From: Thaumarchaeota archaeon SCGC AAA007-O23 | GTDB lineage: Archaea > Thermoproteota > Nitrososphaeria > Nitrososphaerales > Nitrosopumilaceae | Direction of reading: 5' to 3' | DNA: 64,000 nt | Assembly: GCA_000402075.1 (NCBI GenBank) | Contig: ARWO01000032.1 | Span: forward strand, 78,884-142,883 | Part shown: piece after piece, positions 57,153 through 64,000 of the stretch | Layout of the letters: each line of letters begins with the position of its first letter | Numbering within the stretch: position 1 is the stretch's first letter | Translations under genes and position numbers: made by a program | The notes under the pieces: model-generated | Told to the model about the DNA's origin: nothing | What the model saw: the letters and a program-made list of their open reading frames with translations, nothing else | Database searches by the model: none

Positions 57153-58508
57153 GTGGACATATTTGGACACACTTGCATTCCTAGGATTATTTCTCTAGAT
57201 TATACTGGCACGCAATTTGAAATTTATAATAAGATATCACGAAATTATGAATATTCTTTTCTATTCGAATCTTTAACAGGTCCAGAAGAACTCTCAGAAA
57301 CCTCGATTATGGGCTTTGACCCAGAATTTGTCGTAAAGGGATACTATGACAAGGTCACAATACAGAGCAGAGATGGCTCAATTGAAACAATTGATACAGA
57401 TGAGCCACTTGTAGTAATAAAAAATTTAGTCAAAAAAACAGATGATCAAACGTATCGCTATCTTGGTGGTGCTGTAGGTGTAATTAATTACGATGCAATA
57501 AGATTGTGGGAAAAAATTCCAAAACGCCACAATACAATGGAACCTATAATGGAATTTGGAATTTACAACGACGGCATATTGTTTGATAACAAACAAAAAA
57601 AATCTCTATATTTCTATTATGAAAAAAATAGGATAGACGAAATAAAAACATCTGAACCAATTTTTGACGATTTCAAAATGTCAAAAATTTCAACAAATTT
57701 GGATAAGGATGAATTTTCTAAACTAGTTGAAAAGGCAAAAAAATACATCTACGATGGAGATATCTTTCAGGTAGTATTGTCAAGAAAGTTTTCATTTGAA
57801 GCACATGGTGATTATCTAAAAGTTTACGAAAAACTTCGGTCACTAAACCCATCACCATATCTATACCATCTAAAAATGGGTAAAAAAATAACAATTGGAT
57901 CTAGTCCTGAAATGCTTTTACGTGTTACGAATGAGCAAGTTGAAACATTTCCAATAGCTGGAACAAGAAAAATTTCAAATGATGAGATAAAAAACGAGAA
58001 ATTACGACAAGAATTAGTTAGTGATGAAAAAGAATTAGCAGAGCATACAATGCTTGTAGATCTTGGACGTAATGATATTGGAAAAGTGTGTGATTACGGA
58101 ACAGTTCATGTCAATAAACTCATGGAAGTAAAAAAATTTAGCCATGTTCAACACATGGTAACACATGTTGTTGGAAAACTAAATAAAAATTATGATATGT
58201 ATGACGCGTTTAAGGCAGTTTTTCCAGCTGGTACTGTTTCGGGTGCACCAAAAGTTAGAGCGATGGAAATAATTGATGAGCTAGAACCGGAATCAAGGGA
58301 TCCATACGCTGGTGCAGTTGGGTACTTTTCATTTAATGGATGCTGTGATTTTGCAATAGCAATTAGAAGTATCTTTGCAGATGATAAACATGGTTTTGTA
58401 CAAGCAGGTGCAGGAATTGTATTTGATTCAATTTCAGATAATGAACTTAAGGAAACAGAGCATAAGGCAAATGCAATGATAACTGCTTTAATGGAGGCAT
58501 CAAAATGA
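57153..58508 (+). CDS. trpE: anthranilate synthase component I
   Basis: LFESL, GDIFQVVLS, SPEMLLRV, GTVSGAPKVRAMEII and YAGAVGYF. GTG start. Confidence 0.95.
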   Translation: MDIFGHTCIPRIISLDYTGTQFEIYNKISRNYEYSFLFESLTGPEELSETSIMGFDPEFVVKGYYDKVTIQSRDGSIETIDTDEPLVVIKNLVKKTDDQTYRYLGGAVGVINYDAIRLWEKIPKRHNTMEPIMEFGIYNDGILFDNKQKKSLYFYYEKNRIDEIKTSEPIFDDFKMSKISTNLDKDEFSKLVEKAKKYIYDGDIFQVVLSRKFSFEAHGDYLKVYEKLRSLNPSPYLYHLKMGKKITIGSSPEMLLRVTNEQVETFPIAGTRKISNDEIKNEKLRQELVSDEKELAEHTMLVDLGRNDIGKVCDYGTVHVNKLMEVKKFSHVQHMVTHVVGKLNKNYDMYDAFKAVFPAGTVSGAPKVRAMEIIDELEPESRDPYAGAVGYFSFNGCCDFAIAIRSIFADDKHGFVQAGAGIVFDSISDNELKETEHKANAMITALMEASK

Positions 58509-59095
58509 AGTTTTTAATTATAGATAATTATGATTCATTTGTTTATAACATTGCACAAAGATTAGGAGAATTGGGAATAAGTTCTGACGTTATAAGAAAT
58601 GACCAAATTACAATTGACGAAATAAGGAAAAGAGATTATAACGCAATAATCATTTCACCAGGACCAGGAACTCCAGAAGATAAAAAATATTTTGGCGTAT
58701 GTAAGGATGTAATAATGGAACTTGGAAGCACAACACCAATCTTGGGAGTTTGCTTGGGCCATCAGGGAATTATTGCTTGCTTTGGTGGCAAGGTTGTAAA
58801 TGCAGGAAATGTTAGACATGGAAAGACTAGTCTGATCAAACACTATGATGATTCACTTTTTAATGGAGTGAAAAACCCGTTTAGAGCCACACGTTACCAT
58901 TCACTAGTTGGTGATAAAACAATAATTCCAGATTCATTGAAAATTACCGCAGTAGCTGAAGATGATGGAGAGATTATGGGTGTAAGCCATAAGAAATATT
59001 TTATTGAGGGTGTACAATTTCATCCAGAATCAATAATGACAGACGAAGGCAAAAAAATTCTAAAAAATTTCATCATGAGGGTTAAAAATGATTAA
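58505..59095 (+). CDS. trpG: anthranilate synthase component II (glutamine amidotransferase)
   Basis: IDNYDSFVYN, GVCLGHQ (catalytic Cys) and FHPES. GGAGG lies 7 nt upstream of the ATG. Confidence 0.95.
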   Translation: MKFLIIDNYDSFVYNIAQRLGELGISSDVIRNDQITIDEIRKRDYNAIIISPGPGTPEDKKYFGVCKDVIMELGSTTPILGVCLGHQGIIACFGGKVVNAGNVRHGKTSLIKHYDDSLFNGVKNPFRATRYHSLVGDKTIIPDSLKITAVAEDDGEIMGVSHKKYFIEGVQFHPESIMTDEGKKILKNFIMRVKND

Positions 59096-60134
59096 AGAAT
59101 TAGCAGAGCAACTTTCCCACGGAAATAACCTAACAACTGATCAAATGATTAACGTGATGGATGAAATACTCACCGGAACACAAAACGATGAAGATATAGC
59201 AGAATTTTTAAAAAATTTGACGGAAAAAGGTGAATCTGACGATGAACTTTTGGCTATGCTAAACAAAATGGAAGAATTTGCATTACACATATCCCCAAAT
59301 TGCCAAGGCAAAATTATTGATGTGTGTGGTACAGGTGGTGATAAATTAAAAACATTCAACATCTCAACTGCCGCTTCTTTTGTAATTGCTGGGGCTGGTG
59401 GAAATGTTGCTAAACATGGTAACCGTTCAATATCAGGCGTATCAGGAAGTGCGGATATTTTTGAATATTTTGGATTTGATTTGAATTCGGAACCAAGCAA
59501 AGTAAATGAAATAATAGAAAAATTTGGCATAGGTTTCATGTTTGCGCAAAAATTTCATCCCGCAATGAAAAATGTTGCAAACGCTAGAAAGGTTGTTGGC
59601 GGTAGAACTGCATTTAATCTTCTTGGACCATTAACCAATCCAGCAATGGTGAAAAATCAGCTAATTGGTGTTTTTTCAGATGACTATCAAGAAAGAATTG
59701 TAAAAATTTTACAAAGAAAAAATGCGGAAACAATTATGACAGTTAGATCAGATGATGGAATGGATGAGTTATCAACCACATCCAAAAACAAAATTTGTTT
59801 ACTAAAAAATAACATCATTACAAACATGGTTATTGACCCTCAAGATGTTGGTTTGCAAAGAGGTAACATTTCTGATATTCAAATAAACACAAAGGAAGAT
59901 GCGATAAAGTCATTTGTAGATGTGTTAAATGATACAGCAAATAAAACAAAAATTGAGATAACCGCATTAAACGCAGCTGGCGGATTAATTGTATCAGATA
60001 TTGCTAATAGTTTTGATGAAGCAGTTGAACTAGCGTTGGATACAATTCATAGTGGTAAAGCATTTGATAAACTCAAAAACTTTGTAAAAAATTGTGGTGA
60101 CATGGAAAAATTAGAGGAGGTTGAAAGATCATAG
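59088..60134 (+). CDS. trpD: anthranilate phosphoribosyltransferase
   Basis: DVCGTGGDKLKTFNISTAA, KHGNRS and GPLTNPA. Confidence 0.95.
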   Translation: MIKELAEQLSHGNNLTTDQMINVMDEILTGTQNDEDIAEFLKNLTEKGESDDELLAMLNKMEEFALHISPNCQGKIIDVCGTGGDKLKTFNISTAASFVIAGAGGNVAKHGNRSISGVSGSADIFEYFGFDLNSEPSKVNEIIEKFGIGFMFAQKFHPAMKNVANARKVVGGRTAFNLLGPLTNPAMVKNQLIGVFSDDYQERIVKILQRKNAETIMTVRSDDGMDELSTTSKNKICLLKNNIITNMVIDPQDVGLQRGNISDIQINTKEDAIKSFVDVLNDTANKTKIEITALNAAGGLIVSDIANSFDEAVELALDTIHSGKAFDKLKNFVKNCGDMEKLEEVERS

Positions 60135-60904
60135 AAAATATACTACAAAAATTAGTTGAAAATTCACAAAATGCAATTGATGATGGCATTTATGATATTA
60201 TTGAAACATTACCTAAATCAGAAATTGATTTACAGGAATCAATAAAGAGTAATAGTCATGCATCTCTTATTACCGAAATAAAATTTTCATCACCTGCTGA
60301 AGGTGATATAAGGCAAATTTCTGACCCAATACAAATAGCAAAATCTATGATATCTGGTGGTGCACAGGCGCTTTCAATTTTAACACAGCCATATCTATTC
60401 AATGGTTCACCAGAATATTTTATCAAAATCAGAAAAAACGTGAAAATTCCATTATTAATGAAAGACATCATGATTGATAAAATACAGATAGATGCGGCAA
60501 AAAAAATGGGTGCAGACTATTTTTTGCTTATTCAGGGATTATTTGATAACGGGTTTGTCAGTGATATTGACAAACTGATTGATTACGGTCATGAAAAAGA
60601 TCTGAAAATTTTAGTAGAGGCGCACACAAAGACAGAATTTGAAAATGCATTAAAAACTGATGCAGACATTATTGGAATCAATAATAGAAACTTAGATACT
60701 CTTGAAATTAATCTTGAAACCACAAAGCAACTTTTAGAAAATTTCCAGAAATCTAAAATAATATTATCCGAAAGTGGAATCAAGTCAGCAGAAGATGTAA
60801 AATTTTTACATGATTGTGGTGCAGATGCATTTCTTATAGGTACAAGTATAATGAAAAGCTCAGATATACAAAAGAGAGTGTCAGAATTGGTGAATGCAAT
60901 ATGA
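60128..60904 (+). CDS. trpC: indole-3-glycerol-phosphate synthase (start codon non-canonical or unresolved)
   Basis: The frame is open from 60125. [13 protein letters not shown] (the catalytic E/K segment) and [29 protein letters not shown] match IGPS. The first ATG/GTG/TTG in frame is only at 60347, after the catalytic segment. ATC at 60128 lies 7 nt after GGAGG. Confidence 0.75.
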   Translation: MIENILQKLVENSQNAIDDGIYDIIETLPKSEIDLQESIKSNSHASLITEIKFSSPAEGDIRQISDPIQIAKSMISGGAQALSILTQPYLFNGSPEYFIKIRKNVKIPLLMKDIMIDKIQIDAAKKMGADYFLLIQGLFDNGFVSDIDKLIDYGHEKDLKILVEAHTKTEFENALKTDADIIGINNRNLDTLEINLETTKQLLENFQKSKIILSESGIKSAEDVKFLHDCGADAFLIGTSIMKSSDIQKRVSELVNAI

Positions 60905-62091
60905 AAATAGGAATGCCAAAAGATGGAAGGTTTGGAGATTTTGGAGGAAAATACATTCCGGAAACACTAGTTCCAGCTGTTGAAGAGCTTGAAGAAAATT
61001 ATCAAAAAATTAAAAATGACAAAAGCTTCCAAAACGAACTTGACTATTACTTAAAAAATTACGCTGGAAGACCAACTCCACTTTATTTTGCAGAAAATCT
61101 AACAAAATCTGTCGGTGGTGCAAAAATCTACCTCAAGCGAGAGGATTTACTACATGGAGGAGCACATAAAATTAACAATACACTTGGTCAGGCTTTACTT
61201 GCAAAAAAAATGAAGAAGAAACGAATCATTGCGGAAACTGGTGCGGGACAACATGGCGTTGCAACAGCAATGGCTTGCTCCTGCTTAGGGTTATCATCAG
61301 AGGTTTACATGGGATACAAGGACACAGTCAGACAGCAGCAAAATGTTTTCAGAATGGATTTGCTCGGGTGTAAAGTGTATCCTGTAAAATCAGGTTCACA
61401 GACTCTTAAAGATGCAATTAATGAAGCAATTCGTGACTGGATAACTAATGTTGATACAACGTACTATCTGCTTGGTTCTGCTGTGGGTCCACACCCATAT
61501 CCTGTGATGGTACGTGACTTTCAATCCGTAATTGGAAAGGAAATAAAAAAACAGATGAAAAATGTTCCTGACACGGTAATTGCGTGCGTTGGTGGTGGTT
61601 CAAATGCAATCGGTACATTTTATCCAATGATTGATGATGGTGTGGAGATGATTGGTGTCGAAGCTGCAGGAAAAGGATTGAAGACAGGCATGCATTCTGC
61701 CACACTCAATGCGGGAAAAAAAGGTGTACTACATGGTATGATGACTTACCTATTACAGGACAATGATGGACAAATTAAGGAAACGCACAGCATTTCAGCG
61801 GGACTGGATTATCCAGGAGTTGGCCCAGAGCATGCATTCTTGAAGGATGCAGGTAACGTGAAATACAAAAGCGCGACAGACAACGAAGTGATTAATGCAT
61901 TTTTGACACTGACAAAAACCGAGGGCATCATCCCTGCACTAGAATCTGCTCATGCAATTTCACATGCAATTAAAATCGCTAAGACTAGATCAAAATCTGA
62001 TTCAATAGTAGTTACATTGTCTGGACGTGGGGACAAGGACATTGACATCGTAAAACAATATCTAAGGAAAAATGTCAAAAATTCAAGATAA
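60901..62091 (+). CDS. trpB: tryptophan synthase beta chain
   Basis: [13 protein letters not shown] and the [12 protein letters not shown]-Lys motif. The ATG overlaps the trpC stop (ATGA). The track ORF opens earlier at 60814 inside trpC. Confidence 0.95.
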   Translation: MKIGMPKDGRFGDFGGKYIPETLVPAVEELEENYQKIKNDKSFQNELDYYLKNYAGRPTPLYFAENLTKSVGGAKIYLKREDLLHGGAHKINNTLGQALLAKKMKKKRIIAETGAGQHGVATAMACSCLGLSSEVYMGYKDTVRQQQNVFRMDLLGCKVYPVKSGSQTLKDAINEAIRDWITNVDTTYYLLGSAVGPHPYPVMVRDFQSVIGKEIKKQMKNVPDTVIACVGGGSNAIGTFYPMIDDGVEMIGVEAAGKGLKTGMHSATLNAGKKGVLHGMMTYLLQDNDGQIKETHSISAGLDYPGVGPEHAFLKDAGNVKYKSATDNEVINAFLTLTKTEGIIPALESAHAISHAIKIAKTRSKSDSIVVTLSGRGDKDIDIVKQYLRKNVKNSR

Positions 62092-62875
62092 GTTCAAGGA
62101 ATTAAAATCCAAGAACGAAAAAGCACTCATTTCGTATATTATGACAGGATTTCCTAATGAAAATACAACACTGTCGATAGTTAGAGGTCTTGTTAGAGGC
62201 GGCACTGACATTATTGAGTTAGGGTTTCCATTCTCTGATCCTATAGCAGATGGTCCTGTAATACAAAACGCAAGTACTGTTTCATTAAACAAGGGTGCAA
62301 AGATTGAGAAATTTTTCAGCCTTGTGAAAAAAATTAGAAAAGAGACGGACATTCCTCTTGTTTTAATGACGTATACGAATGTGCTTTATGCACGCGGATA
62401 TTCTGCATTTATGTCAAAAGTCAAAAGTGTAGGTATCGATGGACTAATCCTGCCGGACATGTCCATTGAAGAATCAAAGGAATATCTGAAATCTGCTAAA
62501 AAAAATAACCTTGATACAATATTTTTGGTTTCACCGAACACAAATAATGATAGACTCAAAAAGATAGCAAGAGCTAGCACTGGCTTTTTGTATATGGTTG
62601 CTGTCTTTGGTACAACCGGGGTACAGACAAAAATTCACAAATACACTATAGACGCAATAAAAAATGCCAAAAAGATTGTTGGTAAGAAAATATCCATAGG
62701 GATTGGATTTGGGGTGTCAACCCCAGATGACGTGAAAAAGTATGTTTCGTTAGGAGTCGACGCAGTCATTGTAGGAAGTGCTAATCTTAAGATTATTGAG
62801 AATACACCACCATCAAAATTACAAAGAAAGATTACAGAATATACAAAAAAACTGAAAAGAAGTACACGAATTTAG
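62072..62875 (+). CDS. trpA: tryptophan synthase alpha chain
   Basis: [17 protein letters not shown] and GFGVS. Confidence 0.95.
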   Translation: MSKIQDKFKELKSKNEKALISYIMTGFPNENTTLSIVRGLVRGGTDIIELGFPFSDPIADGPVIQNASTVSLNKGAKIEKFFSLVKKIRKETDIPLVLMTYTNVLYARGYSAFMSKVKSVGIDGLILPDMSIEESKEYLKSAKKNNLDTIFLVSPNTNNDRLKKIARASTGFLYMVAVFGTTGVQTKIHKYTIDAIKNAKKIVGKKISIGIGFGVSTPDDVKKYVSLGVDAVIVGSANLKIIENTPPSKLQRKITEYTKKLKRSTRI

Positions 62876-62911
62876 GAAAAGCTACATAAATGGGAAAATA
62901 CTTACACATCT

Positions 62912-64000
62912 ATGCAGACGAAGTTTATTTTCGTTACAGGCGGAGTAATGTCCGGTCTTGGTAAAGGTGTAGTTTCAGCCTCAATCTCAAAATTATTACA
63001 ACTGTCAGATCAAAAAGTTTCATGTGTGAAAATTGATCCATATCTGAATTTTGATGCTGGGACAATGAATCCTATTGCTCATGGTGAAGTGTTTGTCACA
63101 GAGGATGGCGGTGAGTGTGATATGGATATTGGAAGTTATGAAAGATATCTTAACAAGGATATTCCAAAATCTCATAATATTACAACTGCTCAAATTTATT
63201 CCAGTGTAATTGATGCTGAACGAAAGGGAAAATATTTGGGTGCATGCGTTCAGATCATTCCACACATCACGGATGAGATAAAAAATCGTGTCAGGGCAAT
63301 TGCAGACGATGAGCAGCTTGACGTGTTAATTGTAGAATGTGGTGGCACTGTCGGTGATATAGAAAGCCTTCCGTTCCTTGAGGCATTAAGACAAATTAGA
63401 TTAGAGGATGGTTCTGAAAATGTTATTTTTGTCCATGTAACATTGGCTCCATCATTGGACGTTGTTGGAGAACAAAAGACAAAACCCACGCAACATAGTG
63501 TACAAGAATTAAGAAGAATAGGCATTCAGCCGGATCTGTTATGTGTACGTTGTACAACACCACTATTGGAAAAAACTAGAAAAAAGATTTCGATGTTTAC
63601 AAACGTAATTGAGGAGGATGTATTTTCATGCCATGACGCCAAATCAATTTTCATGATACCACAAATGTTGTATGAGCAGGGACTGGTTGATGTGGTTTTC
63701 AAGAAATTTGGAAATGTGGGATTTGTCAACACATCAAAAAATTGGGATAACTGGAATACGATCGTCAACTCGCTGCAAAAAACAGATGATACAATTAAAA
63801 TTGCAATGGTTGGAAAATATGTCACATTAGCAGACAGTTATGTTAGTGTTAATGAGGCACTCAAACATGCTTCTGCATCAATTGGAAAATCTGTTAATAT
63901 TGATTGGATTGACTCGGAAACACTCAATGGAAATCTGAAGCAACTCGATAATTTTGATGGTGTGTTAGTACCTGGTGGATTTGGAACGCGTGGTTCTGAA
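62912..64000 (+). CDS. pyrG: CTP synthase (3'-truncated by the window edge)
   Basis: [19 protein letters not shown]..., [23 protein letters not shown] and [15 protein letters not shown]. The frame is open to 64000, so it is missing from the ORF track. Confidence 0.95.
   Translation, partial: MQTKFIFVTGGVMSGLGKGVVSASISKLLQLSDQKVSCVKIDPYLNFDAGTMNPIAHGEVFVTEDGGECDMDIGSYERYLNKDIPKSHNITTAQIYSSVIDAERKGKYLGACVQIIPHITDEIKNRVRAIADDEQLDVLIVECGGTVGDIESLPFLEALRQIRLEDGSENVIFVHVTLAPSLDVVGEQKTKPTQHSVQELRRIGIQPDLLCVRCTTPLLEKTRKKISMFTNVIEEDVFSCHDAKSIFMIPQMLYEQGLVDVVFKKFGNVGFVNTSKNWDNWNTIVNSLQKTDDTIKIAMVGKYVTLADSYVSVNEALKHASASIGKSVNIDWIDSETLNGNLKQLDNFDGVLVPGGFGTRGSE

Noticed and set aside
57091-57184. Possible trp leader peptides upstream of or overlapping the trpE start: MNFANTKIMV (57091) and MGGHIWTHLHS (57149).
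   Set aside because: There are no tandem Trp codons (0 and 1 Trp respectively) and no obvious alternative terminator/antiterminator hairpins. Attenuation of the bacterial type is not supported.
63020-63825. Three minus-strand ORFs (81-99 aa).
   Set aside because: They are antisense to the clearly recognisable pyrG reading frame, which runs open to the window edge.

Overview
This is an AT-rich, tightly packed archaeal chromosome segment. The gene content includes TFB, a family-B DNA polymerase, proteasome beta, a CdvA-like protein, Cys-type Thi4, the methylmalonyl-CoA mutase/MeaB/epimerase set, PPDK and an archaeal-type TIM. That points to an ammonia-oxidising thaumarchaeon (Nitrosopumilus-like). 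The attribution rests on motif recognition only; no search was run. I call about 65 protein genes, mostly housekeeping: argS, cysS, metG, ilvC, ilvD, hom, nadE, ahcY, acs, birA, psmB, tfb, polB, tpiA, a trpEGDCBA operon and a 3'-truncated pyrG. I recognised no rRNA, tRNA, CRISPR array, transposase or integrase. I found no clear multi-gene novel system such as a defence island. The items below stand out from the ordinary core context.
1. A protein with 69 uninterrupted collagen Gly-X-Y triplets (5213-6343).
2. A roughly 34-aa NNAGWW...GIxYLI module present twice in each of two secreted proteins. One is a 736-aa pentapeptide-repeat protein, where the two copies are 102 bp of identical DNA. The other is a TPR-metzincin protease.
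3. ppdK is split by a single-base frameshift next to a T7 homopolymer.
4. trpC encodes its catalytic N-terminus upstream of any ATG/GTG/TTG. An ATC sits at exactly the Shine-Dalgarno spacing seen for trpG.
5. Three 21-bp phased direct repeats and a palindrome lie in an unusually long spacer upstream of the trp operon.
6. An EF-Tu-fold protein has a degenerate G domain.
7. Several small Zn-ribbon, basic or membrane ORFs fall below the ORF-track cutoff.
All functional calls come from motifs read in the translations, and start codons are often uncertain.
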